Positions 49,767-60,633 of a DNA stretch of 60,635 nucleotides are shown one piece after another; position 1 is the stretch's first letter, and every line of letters starts with the position of its first letter. The notes under the pieces were generated by a model that did not search any database, had not been told where the DNA came from, and was given only the letters and a program-made list of their open reading frames with translations. The DNA is from an uncultured virus (IMG/VR IMGVR_UViG_3300025865_000001). Its lineage: Duplodnaviria > Heunggongvirae > Uroviricota > Caudoviricetes. The translations under genes were made by a program, and so were the position numbers. The DNA is taken from IMG/VR virus record IMGVR_UViG_3300025865_000001. One strand, 5' to 3'.

Positions 49767-50846
49767 TTATGATGGTAAAGTACTTGCGATTTTCTCCCAG
49801 TCAACGCTTCGTGGGTTAAAACTAATATCTATGATGTTATTATACGCTTTACCCGTATTTAAAAGTGTAACAGGAATGCCAGTTTCTTTTTCGATTTTAT
49901 CAACGAAAAGTCTTGCTCCCTTTGTAATATCACTCCAAGTTTTTGCGTTCTTTACTTCTGGGAAAGCGTGCTCCAGGAAGGTAAGAGCTATTTGCGTAGC
50001 GCCATTGACTTCTACTGCCTTTTTTAGCATATCAAAATCAAACTCGGCTTTTCTACGAATTTTCCCTTCGATAGAACTTATTTCGACCAATCCTCTGTCG
50101 ATAATTTCTTGTTCAGATAATTCTCTACCAGCACCCATGTCGTTTGCAGAATATTGACTCCCCTCACGTGAAGGCATTGCCTTGACAACAAGTATAACAT
50201 CTTTAATATTTTTCCAGGATAGTAAAACATCATCGGCAACTGCCATTGCCGTTACGTTATCAGATGTCACATTGGGATAGTCTGGTGAAAAAGCCAAAGA
50301 TAGAAAAGTGCCCTGTGAACCTTCTATAACAACCGAATTATCTTTACATGCCTTATTTATTTCTTCACCTACATCCATTATCATTCCAGATAATGCAGGG
50401 ATATCTTTTGCTTGTTGAGCCTTACGTGCAACAAAATCTTTTCGGCATTCGCCAGTTCCACTCATGGTTGAGCCAATAGCTTTCATGCCCTTGCTATCTT
50501 GTTCTTTTTGAATATGTTCCGTTGTAACAATAGGTGAACGATAATCCACAAATACTCTGCCATCAAGATGATACCTTGCTATTTCTTTAAATAACCAGTC
50601 TGGATTTACAGCCACCCCAGAGCCGATAAGAACTTTAGTTTCTGGATTAAAAATCCATCCTAACGGCAGTTGGTTGCATTTCAAGTATGTTTTCTCGTCT
50701 TCCAAAAATATACCATGTTCTGCATTTGGCCCTGTTCCGCCCCTTGCAGCAAATTTAGCATGGTCTCGTACATTAATATAAGCACTAATTAAACCCTTGC
50801 CCTCATCTCCCCAAGCCCCACCAATAATAATATTTGCACCATTCAT
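49767..50846 (-). CDS. Adenylosuccinate synthetase-family protein (short archaeal type, divergent active site)
   Basis: WGDEGKG, GPNAEH, EGSQG, YPNVTS, NGATQIALT. Confidence 0.88.
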   Translation of the reverse strand: MNGANIIIGGAWGDEGKGLISAYINVRDHAKFAARGGTGPNAEHGIFLEDEKTYLKCNQLPLGWIFNPETKVLIGSGVAVNPDWLFKEIARYHLDGRVFVDYRSPIVTTEHIQKEQDSKGMKAIGSTMSGTGECRKDFVARKAQQAKDIPALSGMIMDVGEEINKACKDNSVVIEGSQGTFLSLAFSPDYPNVTSDNVTAMAVADDVLLSWKNIKDVILVVKAMPSREGSQYSANDMGAGRELSEQEIIDRGLVEISSIEGKIRRKAEFDFDMLKKAVEVNGATQIALTFLEHAFPEVKNAKTWSDITKGARLFVDKIEKETGIPVTLLNTGKAYNNIIDISFNPRSVDWEKIASTLPS

Positions 50847-50879
50847 AATTATATAGCCTCCAATTTTAATTTTTCATTG

Positions 50880-53062
50880 TTACGCTTCTTCATTGAATAC
50901 TCCGTCTACTACTACCACTTGTTTAGGCTCATTAGTTTTCTTCCCCATAAAAAATGATGCAACTACAAGGACTTTCATATTATTAATATCTACTGGCACT
51001 CCGAATAATATCCCATCTGTAGCACCTTTAACAATTTGTCCGTATAGGTCATCTATTGTTTCTTCGTATGTCACAAAATCACCTTCTTTTTATAATGTCC
51101 CCAACCGTCCCAATCTTTGTCCTTAGTATACTCGTCCGCATGTTCTTTTGCACACCTTGAACAATGAGCTTTAGAATTGTTCCCGTCGGTATCATAAACA
51201 TCTATCCACCCCTTCGGATAGTACGCCGTGTCTTCATCATAGTTTCCGTCTTTGTCAACCTCTGAAACAATCTTTCCACAAATGTCACATACGTAAATAC
51301 GGGTTTGAATTATCACAAACTCTCCTTCCTTTTGTTTTTCACTTCTTCATAATGTTTATCACACAAGGTCAATACCCAACCCAAATCGTTTCGCAAAGTT
51401 CCCTTTTCGCCACAAACTTCGCATAATTGATAACTTTCATCTTCATAAAAACTTATCAAATCAAAATACCAGTCCGGGCAAGGAGAAACATAAAATCTTA
51501 ATCCTCCCCATTTTTCTTTTACTTGCAAAACGTGAACAGATTTTGGTTTTGCATCATATAGTTTTTCAATAAGCGGTTTCCATCCTGTCCCAACACATTG
51601 AATGGCGGTGTCTCTTTTCAAACCGTTGCCATAAAATACGCTTTCAGGATTTCGGCACTTTTTATAAAACATAACCAAAGTATACCACAATTTTTTCATA
51701 AAATCTCCATTGTCACTTGTCCAGTATAAGAGCCTTTATAAAGAGGCACATAAATCCGCAAAATTTCCACAATAAGAATAATATAAACATGCCCACTATT
51801 ATCATAAAATCTCTCTTTATCTTTTAATCTTTATATTGAATATATGTTTAAATTCTTCCCAAAGTAATACAAGTCCTGTTTTTTCTACAAATGACGAGCA
51901 ATTAGGACAATAATCTTCGCCATGGATAGAGCCTTCAAGCCAAACTGTACCCGTTCCTTTACACCTTTTGCAAATCATAAAATCTCACTTTTAATCTACA
52001 AATTCTGTTCCAGTCCATACACGGACTTCAATTCTATCTATTCCTAATTGCCTAGCAACTGATAAACGATGATTTCCATGTATAACATACCAATTTAAAT
52101 TAATTATAATTGGCTCTTTTATACCATTCTTTTTTACGTCATTTAATAAAGAATCAAATCTTTCGTTTCCTGGCATAACTCCATCATTGGGAGGGTATTC
52201 GCAACGAATTAATTTAGTAGGAATTAACATTTTGGTAACACCCTTGATATGATTCTTTTTCTATTAATAAAGTCATGAAATCTCCCTTTTATTTGCCAAA
52301 GTTATCAAATTGTCTTTTGTCGACTTCTATAAGTTTGTCAACTATCTTTTCTCTGAAAGGCTTGTCTCTGGTAAGCCACCATACGAATCTACGGAGAATA
52401 TTTTTATCGTCTTTGCACTGTTTGTCCATTAGGTATTTAGCGCTTTCCTCATATTCGGGATGCCTTCCTAAAATCCAATCACAGATAATAACATCCTCCA
52501 TCTGCTGGGTGCAATCCCACTCTGCGGTTTTATTTTTCAAGCAGTTTAGCATTTTGTCCTATCCATATTACTCTTCCATCTTTTACATTTTCCATAATTA
52601 TCTGCGCCGAAACGCTTATGATATGCTTTGCAGAGCGGGTATATCCCCGAAGCAACTGCATTACGGTCAACGTACAAACAATTCCAGCACCCGTCTTGTA
52701 AATAATATCCTTTTGGTCTATAGACTTTTCTCATATTATTGTGCTTCCATTTCCTCCATAACTTTGAGGGTTTTCAACATCTCAGCGTCATCTTCCAGGC
52801 GTTTGATTAAAAATTGTAATCGTTTAATTAAGACATCCTGCTCATCCATTGATGTTGCTCGGATTTGGTCAATATCAATATCTTTTCGTTCCCGTCCAGT
52901 TCCACAGTACAAAATATTGGAAAATCTTAGCCCTCTTACAACATCTGTATTACTGCAATATACAAAGGGATTTGGATACCTAGGATTAACACCATGCTCT
53001 TCGCACCAAAGTTTAAACTGTTGAAAATTTCCAGCAATAACTAATATTTTAGTATTTGTCAT
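50880..53062 (-). CDS. Array of small hypothetical ORFs, including a ParB/Srx-like protein (51991..52230)
   Basis: ORF track; GIKEPI...IHGNHR ParB-N motif. Confidence 0.65.
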
Positions 53063-53394
53063 AGAACATTCCTTTCACAATCGGGACATCTTTCATATAA
53101 ATCATCCAGATTATATACTAAATCGACTTTAGCATATCGCTGTTCATCTGGTAAGTAAGACAAGTCTGGTTGCTCATATGGACTCTGATGATTATATCCT
53201 CTATTTAGCATTTCCTGCACTAACTCATTGTGCCTTATCTGCATATTATCTGGCTCTATAAGGACAATTGGATAAATGCGCCCAACTATACTATGGTGCT
53301 TTTCAAAATTATGCCTGTGCTTATGAATTTCTCCATGCTCTCCGAGCAAATGCTTTCTGCACAATAATGTTGGGTCAATCATCCACATTCTCAT
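53059..53394 (-). CDS. Pyrimidine-dimer DNA glycosylase (DenV-like)
   Basis: MRMW...LCRKHLLGEH.E.H...EMLNRGYNH. Confidence 0.75.
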   Translation of the reverse strand: MRMWMIDPTLLCRKHLLGEHGEIHKHRHNFEKHHSIVGRIYPIVLIEPDNMQIRHNELVQEMLNRGYNHQSPYEQPDLSYLPDEQRYAKVDLVYNLDDLYERCPDCERNVL

Positions 53395-53409
53395 TATAAA
53401 ATGTTCCTT

Positions 53410-56081
53410 TTATTCTATCTCTATCATTTTATACTCAAGTTTTTTAACGCCTTGAGTTTCCAGCCACTTAAGAAAATCGCCTTTTTCAATACCGTTTTTC
53501 TTGTCAGAAGTATCATTACGCATCATCCAATCAATAGTAAAATCTCCTGTTAAAGCGTTTCCTTTGGCAGAATAGGCATTGACAATCCAAGGAAGACTTA
53601 TTTTTATCTTAGCTTTTATTCCTTTGCTTTCCAAAAATTTCACAACAAGGCTGGAATCAAAAGCAAAATCATCAGGGACTTCATATAAATAAATATCGTT
53701 TCTCTCAAGTTCGTCATAATCAAATTCAACTATGTTATGTACATATATCATAAAGCGCTCCTTTTATCCCATTTTTTTGAATAGCAAAAATATAACTGCA
53801 ATAGTTCCTAAACCACCGATTGCACTAGCAATCAGTTTTAATCCTGACGCTATAGCATTCAAAGCGTCAATCAATAGCTGTATTTGTTCTGGTGTAAGTG
53901 TCATAAAATCCTCTATTTAATTAATCTTTGCAGTTCATTAAGAACGATTTGCGCTAACTTCTTAAGGTTTTCCTTTGATTCTCTTTCATTTGCTCCATAG
54001 GCATAGATAGAGCAATCGCCATGAGAAGACCCCAGACTAAATTGCTTCTCTATTGATGACTCAAAACTTTCAAAAGTTTCTTTCTTATCATTATAAATTT
54101 TTATTTCCATTTAATCACTATGCCATTTTCTTTTTTCGACTTCTATAAACTTGTGGATTATCTCACAGGCTTCAGAGTTTGTTAACAAACTGCACTCATC
54201 CTCTTCCTCAGTTACCCGAATAGAAATATCAGTTACCCATTTTTTCGCTAAATTTCCTTCATAAGTAATCAGAAATTCATAAAAGGAAATCAGTTCTTTC
54301 CGTAGATATTGTGCTATAAGTTCATCCATTATAGAATATTCCTTTTTTATCCCATTTTTTTGAAGAACAAAAATAGAAGCGCAATAGTTCCAAAAGCACT
54401 AATTGCACTAGCAATCATTCTTAGTCCTGAAGCTATGGCATTCAAAGCTTCAATTAGTAGTTGTATTTGTTCTGGTGTAATTGTCATAAAATGCTCCTCT
54501 TATTGCTTAATTGTATTCTTATCGAATTATACCAGATAACTCGTTCAGTATTTTAAAATCATCAAAAGAAAAACCAACCAGAACCCGATAACCATGTCCA
54601 TATATACTAATCTTTTCTAAAATAACCATTCTTCCGTTGTATAACATTGCGTATTTTCCTGACGGAAGCTTTACGGATTCCTTATCGACTAAATCTATCA
54701 TTTTATCGTCCATAGTTTCTCCAATGAAACATTTGTTTTATTTATTCGGTGGCTTGAACTTACCTAAATGGTTTATCAAAACTTTTTCAGTAGTGTCGTC
54801 ATCTATATGATAATTTTCGTCTCCAAAACCAGCGAAATTATACAAGAGTTGACCTAATCTCAAATCTGGAAATAAGTGCCACAACTTTGAAATCAGTCCT
54901 AAAATTCTATCAATTCTATCAGGGTTTCGCATAAAAACCTCCTTTTACCTTTGACATTTCACCGGCAACAATTCGCAAATCTGTTCTATCCACTGCGGGG
55001 ATGAGCTTACCACGTGTTTTTAGCACCTCAATAAGTTTATCTGCATATTTTTCGCCTTGCTCAAAAGCGCTCGACTCTCTGGTTGGCATCGTCTGCATGG
55101 CATAGCCATCACTGTATGCACCTCGTATAATTTTTTGAAGCATCTCTTTAGTTATTGAAAATGTTTCTGCTGCCATAAAAATCTCCTTTACTCTTTCATC
55201 CACAAAGCTAATCGGTCTTCAAGAACCTCTTTGTAAGATAGAAACTCCGATAGACCTTCGGCTGTAAAACTACCCCCATACTCGTCTCCTCCAGCTTTAT
55301 CAAAGGTTTCCTCAAACAATTCTTTATTTGATAAAGACCGTGCCACTTCCAAATATTTTTGCATACCATCCGCATAGGTCATAAAAATCTCCTTTTATTC
55401 TAATTGTTGAGAATAAAGTTTTTTACATTGATTTTCTATTGCGTTTATTACCCAATCTGGGCAATTATAATCTTGTTGTATTTCCATTAAATCTTGTTTG
55501 AGTAGCACCCCTCTCCCAACACCATCAGCCCACATTTTTATATGAAAATTAATAGAAGCTTTACATAATAAGAGTTGGTTTAATAACTCTGGCTCGCAAC
55601 ACGAAATATTCTTACCTCGACTATCAATAGACAACAAACACTCTTTTGCAGTATAGCCTTCTTCATCAGGCATGGCTTGATATTTGGTTGGTGCGCCACA
55701 AAAGTTAAATATATCTTTATTGTTTAGATAAAAATCGTAGTCTCTTTCAAAATTTTTAGAATATTTCATACTTGTTATATAATCCATACTCCCAAATCAT
55801 AAAACTTACCCTCCACCTATTGGGTCAGCATAACCGCTTGTACGGTCACCTGGCACAATATAATGGAATGCGTCTGCACGTTCAATAGACTCTCTGTTAT
55901 TCCATTTATTTTTTTCTAGCATAAAACCAACATATTGGTCAGCGGTAGAAATAGAGATATTATATTTTTCATACAGCGCAAATAACTCTTTAAAAAATTC
56001 ATCAAGATTTGTCTCAGCTATGAATTCTTTATCATCGTGTAATTCTTGTATATCATATCTGCCAACTAAGTATTGTTTCAC
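53410..56081 (-). CDS. Cassette-like array of about ten small ORFs separated by palindromes
   Basis: ORF track plus two 46-aa paralogs at 53764..53904 and 54347..54487. Confidence 0.65.
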
Positions 56082-56112
56082 AAGTTTTGTCCTTTGAATT
56101 TTTGCTTAGACT

Positions 56113-56490
56113 CTATTGCACGTCAATATCAGGAATAATAATAGATGGTTTAAAAATAATTCTGTAATGGTAGGCGCTAACATTTGCAGATTCAAGTTGC
56201 TCTGCAAAGTAGGTTACGTTGTCAGACAGTCCTAGGAAATGCTTTTTATACTGGTTATCGCCGGTTTTGCATATGACAGACAATTCTCCAGCAGGGTCTG
56301 CGTTTCCAAGAGAGCAAAATCCTTCAATTTGAAGAATGTAGTCATTGGTAATACCGTTATAAAATACAATTCTGCGCACAATTTCAAAACTGTCGGCAGA
56401 CCTTGACATGTTGCTCGAAGCAACATCGGCTGCCGTGCAAGCCGTTATCAAGATTGCAAGCACCATTAAAACAATAACTAATTTTTTCAC
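56113..56490 (-). CDS. Phage lipoprotein
   Basis: Signal peptide with lipobox ITAC; RRIVFYNGIT, KKHFLGLSDNVTYF. Confidence 0.8.
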   Translation of the reverse strand: MKKLVIVLMVLAILITACTAADVASSNMSRSADSFEIVRRIVFYNGITNDYILQIEGFCSLGNADPAGELSVICKTGDNQYKKHFLGLSDNVTYFAEQLESANVSAYHYRIIFKPSIIIPDIDVQ

Positions 56491-56525
56491 TATATCTATC
56501 TCCTTTTATTTTTTCTAGATAAAAC

Positions 56526-57504
56526 TTACTTTTTATCTTCTTTTGGAATGTTGATAACCTGAGCAAGGGATAGTTCAATAAGATTCAAAACCTTGCGCTT
56601 ATTCTTTAAATCTTCATACGCAGTCCATGAACCATGTTTCTTTTTCATTCTGCAAACAAGAAGACCTTTTTTCGCAGAATATTTATCGTCTGGCAAACAA
56701 GTTGCGCGTGTTTCAGTTCCATCAGACCAAAATGCAATGGTTAAAGGTTCTGCGTTAACGAGTTTTACCAACCTCGGTTTGTTTAGGTCTGCATTAGGGA
56801 AACACATTGCAGTAACTAAACTATTGATAGTATTAGCTAGCACATACTCTCCGGTATTTTTAAACATATTGTTATTTACCTTTCCTTTTTTATTAGTTAT
56901 ATTATTTTTATTTTGTTGTTGAATATTATTAGACATCATCAAATACTTTCCAATCTCTATTTTTTCTTTGTCTACGGCTCAAGCCATGCCACGATTCCAC
57001 CTCTCCAGTTATAATTTGCTCGTCAGTTTTAGTATCTATCCAAGAGTTCTCACTCCAATCAAAAAAGCCTATTGTTTTAGAGCCATCAATTAAGAACAAG
57101 TTGACCTCTACGGAATATCCCTTGAAATTCTTACTCTCTTTTGGCAATTTTATTTCCATGTGTGCTCCTTTTAACCAATTATACTATATGTTTTTAGTCA
57201 TGTCAAGTTATTTGCTATTCCGATCACCGAGAAAACGATTATAACATTCGTCTATCAATAGTTCCAGGGTAGCACTAACATCTTTTTTGTTTTTAACGAT
57301 TTCAAGCATCATGTCTTCATCATTATCAAACGATTCACAATATAGAACTATCTCACCAGTATTAAGGGTTTCCATACTAAAATAATAACTATTCGCTATT
57401 AAATCATTTACCATATTATAGTAGCAACTAGAACATTCTATATACTTTGCGCAAGTTTTACCATTACCTCCTTCAATAAATTCAGTGATTTTCACATTCT
57501 CCAT
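56526..57504 (-). CDS. Three hypothetical proteins (56526..56942, 56929..57159, 57208..57504)
   Basis: ORF track. Confidence 0.6.
57178..57206 (-). promoter_or_regulatory. Consensus sigma70 promoter upstream of the small-ORF arrays
   Basis: TTGACA-N17-TATAAT. Confidence 0.85.
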
Positions 57505-57505
57505 A

Positions 57506-58660
57506 TTAAGCCCTTTCTAAACTTCTGAAAAAAGCAGAAAATATATCTTGAATTACATTAACGGTTACGGCATTACCAATCATTTTATATCGCTGAGCAT
57601 CGGAAATAATGGCACCATTTTTGCCAAGTATTGTAAAGTTATCAGGAAATGATTGCAATCTTTCACATTCCAATGGGGTCAATCTACGAATAGATATACC
57701 ATCATAAATACCAGAACGTTGTTGATGGTTATCAAATCCCTTGTAATAACTGGCATCAATAGTTGTGAACATATCTTTTTCCTGAAAATTAAAATGATTT
57801 TTTACAATAATTGTTGGTTGCCCACTACCGTCTTCTCGTGCTCTTGCAAGCATATTGTCTTTTTGCACAGTCGTCAGTGCATTAGTCACACCATCTGAAC
57901 GTGGTTCAAATTGTTGCTCTGTTTTGCCGTCCACATTATATCGCCCACGTTGTGCGATTATCACTGGCTGACCACTACCATCTTCTCGTGCTCTCGCCGG
58001 AATAGTTGGAGATAAAAGTTCTTTTGTTTGACGAAATCCTTTGCCATCATTGTGGGTTCTTAAAGTCCCAACCGCTATTAGTGAAGTTGTGGTAACGGCT
58101 TCTTTTGATTTCTCACCTTGTTCATCATTATATCTGAAAGGAAATACTTCTGGTCTGGGTCTTCCTCTAAGATGTCCGATAACAAAAATTCTTTGTCGGT
58201 TTTGGGGAACTCTGTGATATCTCGAATTAAGAAGTTGCCATTGACAATCATACCCAAGTTCGGTAAACGTTGAGATAATTCGTTTAAAGCTATGTCCGTT
58301 TGCATGATTGAGCAACCCTTTAACGTTTTCAAAAACGAAATAGGAAGGTTGTTTGTCTCGCAAAATTCTTGCGTAATCGTAGAATAATGTACCTCTGGCA
58401 TCTTCAAATCCCTTTCTTTCTCCTGATATAGACCAGCTTTGACATGGAGTACCCCCAACAAGTATATCAAAATCTGGTAAGTCATTTGTATCAATTTTAC
58501 CAATGTCACCAAAGTTGGCTACATTTGGAAATTGCCGTTCATAAACAGAAATAGCATATTTATCAATTTCTGAATATCCAATACATTCTGTATTAGGATT
58601 GGCTTTTTTAATTCCTAAATGAAATCCTCCAATACCAGAAAAAGCATCAAAAAATTTCAT
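57506..58660 (-). CDS. DNA cytosine-C5 methyltransferase
   Basis: FSGIGG, GTPCQ, ENV, QNRQR, RRLTPLECERLQSFPD, GNAV. Confidence 0.95.
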   Translation of the reverse strand: MKFFDAFSGIGGFHLGIKKANPNTECIGYSEIDKYAISVYERQFPNVANFGDIGKIDTNDLPDFDILVGGTPCQSWSISGERKGFEDARGTLFYDYARILRDKQPSYFVFENVKGLLNHANGHSFKRIISTFTELGYDCQWQLLNSRYHRVPQNRQRIFVIGHLRGRPRPEVFPFRYNDEQGEKSKEAVTTTSLIAVGTLRTHNDGKGFRQTKELLSPTIPARAREDGSGQPVIIAQRGRYNVDGKTEQQFEPRSDGVTNALTTVQKDNMLARAREDGSGQPTIIVKNHFNFQEKDMFTTIDASYYKGFDNHQQRSGIYDGISIRRLTPLECERLQSFPDNFTILGKNGAIISDAQRYKMIGNAVTVNVIQDIFSAFFRSLERA

Positions 58661-59328
58661 CGTATCCTTTCTACTGCTTTTGAATATGTATACGGGTCTT
58701 TCTCAATGCCAAGATAACATCTGGTATGCAATTTACACCACTCTGCTACAGTACCAGAACCCATAAACAAATCTAAGATTAAATCCCATTCATCTGTAAA
58801 AGGCAAAAGCAATCTATCAAAAAGTTTAAGGGGTTTTTGATATGGCAAGTTCTTTCCATTATCGTCTTTAATTCTCTCTTTGCTCACAGTGGAAAAATTG
58901 CCCAAATCATCGAAAACCGAACAAGGCGTTTTGGTTATACGTCCTGATGGGTTAAATCCAGGACTCAACGTCTTTTTAGGCACTTGAATACGTTCTGAGT
59001 ACCATTTCCAATCATTACCGTTTGCATAAATCAGGATATAATCGTGCTTATTTGGAAATCCTTTTCGTGGTTGCCCACCCCACTCCTGTTTGTAAATGCA
59101 TATATTAATTTTGGTTGCATGAGGCATTAAATCTAGTTTTAGTTTTAGTTCTGCAATCGTTGAGTCGTCTGTTTGTGCAATAAAAATACCGCTATTAGGA
59201 ATTAATGCACCCCAAAACTTATCAATCCATTCAAAATTCTTATTTTGATACATGTAGTCCGCATAAATTAATGCAACATCTTTAGGCGGTTCTACATTCA
59301 TATTATCATTGTTAATTGTGGCAATCAT
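58657..59328 (-). CDS. N4/N6 DNA methyltransferase-like protein with altered motif IV
   Basis: ADYMY where DPPY is expected; QKP, LDLFMGSGT, GIE. Confidence 0.75.
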   Translation of the reverse strand: MIATINNDNMNVEPPKDVALIYADYMYQNKNFEWIDKFWGALIPNSGIFIAQTDDSTIAELKLKLDLMPHATKINICIYKQEWGGQPRKGFPNKHDYILIYANGNDWKWYSERIQVPKKTLSPGFNPSGRITKTPCSVFDDLGNFSTVSKERIKDDNGKNLPYQKPLKLFDRLLLPFTDEWDLILDLFMGSGTVAEWCKLHTRCYLGIEKDPYTYSKAVERIR

Positions 59329-59937
59329 TTACTTATTAGTCCAAGCAAGACTTGTATTGCGTAAAAAGCAGGATTAGCAATTCTCATAGCTCCGCCAACA
59401 AGAAACCCCACAAAGCCAATCCAAAACAGCATAGTCCCAATTATCCAGCCTGCTTTTTCTTCAAGGGCATCATCCGCGTTAACATATTTTTTGTGTGGGT
59501 TTCTTTCTACGTTCCGCCAGTCGCTTCCGTATAAAACAACTATTTTACCATTTTGTGCCATCATGATGAGAGCACATACTAAAAACGGAATTGAAATAAG
59601 AATAGTACTCCACCCATTAACATAAGCTTGTCTTATGGCAATTTTCCATAACTCTGGTGCTGTTTGTTGAACAATTTCAATTAGTTTATTCAGGATTTCT
59701 TCCATTGGCTTCCTCTTTTCTACGGGCTTGTGTAATAATTAAATTTGCCTTATCAAAATCTTTCTTGTCAATCATACCATACAGCGTGTTATACAAATCT
59801 AAATTGTAACTCAAAATTAGTATAGCAAGTTTTAGTTTGTCATTTTCCTTGTTCGTAGATTCGTTTTTAATAGAGGGCCATAGTATGTCAGCCAATACCA
59901 ACAATAGTACCAATATTATTATGCCTGAGTAATTCAT
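59325..59937 (-). CDS. Two small membrane proteins (59325..59705, 59686..59937)
   Basis: Hydrophobic segments. Confidence 0.65.
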
Positions 59938-59962
59938 AATTCCCTTTCTGTTATAGGCTTAG

Positions 59963-59979
59963 AAGCCCCGAAGGGCTTC
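59963..59979. terminator. Short GC hairpin
   Basis: GAAGCCC-CGAA-GGGCTTC. Confidence 0.45.
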
Positions 59980-60000
59980 GTGTTATACGTTGAAAATACT

Positions 60001-60633
60001 TTAGCATCGACTGCAAATATAAGATTCCCTTGTATCGTTGATGGGTGCGCCACATTTGACACAATACAATTCAGCGCCCACCACTACATGAGGTGTTTTC
60101 TTGACACTCTTTGGCTTAGCCAATATTGTATCACTACCATGTTTGAAATCATGGTACATGTTATCTGCACCAACTTCGTAGTTAATTCTACCATTACGGG
60201 CAATACCCCAAGAATTTTCTATCCCAAGATAATCACTAATCTGCTTTTCAAGAATTAGGCGAATTTCTTTGGCTAATGCGTCATTATAGCGTGGATATTG
60301 TCGACTTCCAACAAATGCTGAATTCTCTTTATCAAAGTAAATAGCCTGACGCCATGCCTTGCTATTCCCAACAAATGTTAGTCTCTTGCGTTTGAAAGTT
60401 TCCTCAGTACCATTGTAACGAAATGCAACAAGAGTACTACTATCAAGCAAGATAGAACCAGCACCCGTAGCATAACTTCCATTGCCAATTTCATGGCAAC
60501 TTTGCCAGCTATAGTTGTTCATAGATTCTGTTAAGTAATCGTATGGGTCAATTGAAATTGCCAGACGGGTTTTAATTTTACGGGTTTCAAGCATGGTTGC
60601 CAAATCATCAGAAAATTCTTTATTCTGTGTAAG
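60001..60633 (-). CDS. Phage hypothetical protein, 5'-truncated by the window edge
   Basis: Frame open to the window end; SIDPYDYLT.S...WQSCH, C-terminal CxxC...CxxC. Confidence 0.7.
   Translation of the reverse strand, partial: LTQNKEFSDDLATMLETRKIKTRLAISIDPYDYLTESMNNYSWQSCHEIGNGSYATGAGSILLDSSTLVAFRYNGTEETFKRKRLTFVGNSKAWRQAIYFDKENSAFVGSRQYPRYNDALAKEIRLILEKQISDYLGIENSWGIARNGRINYEVGADNMYHDFKHGSDTILAKPKSVKKTPHVVVGAELYCVKCGAPINDTRESYICSRC

Larger units (their letters stand above)
2416..56536. repeat. Dispersed 18-bp palindrome ATAAAA-N6-TTTTAT
   Basis: Exact copies start at 2416, 3497, 10713, 29429, 31077, 43572, 53396, 55381, 56519; one-mismatch copies at 11010, 12471, 27390, 28255, 31351, 33437, 51977, 52275, 53750, 54486, 54724, 54931; weaker copies at 29209, 51804, 53903, 54331, 55175. 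Confidence 0.9.

Noticed and set aside
49767..50846. PurZ / 2-aminoadenine (Z) genome
   Set aside because: Asp retained in GDEGKG, no MazZ-like gene recognised, and several adenine methyltransferases imply normal adenine in the DNA
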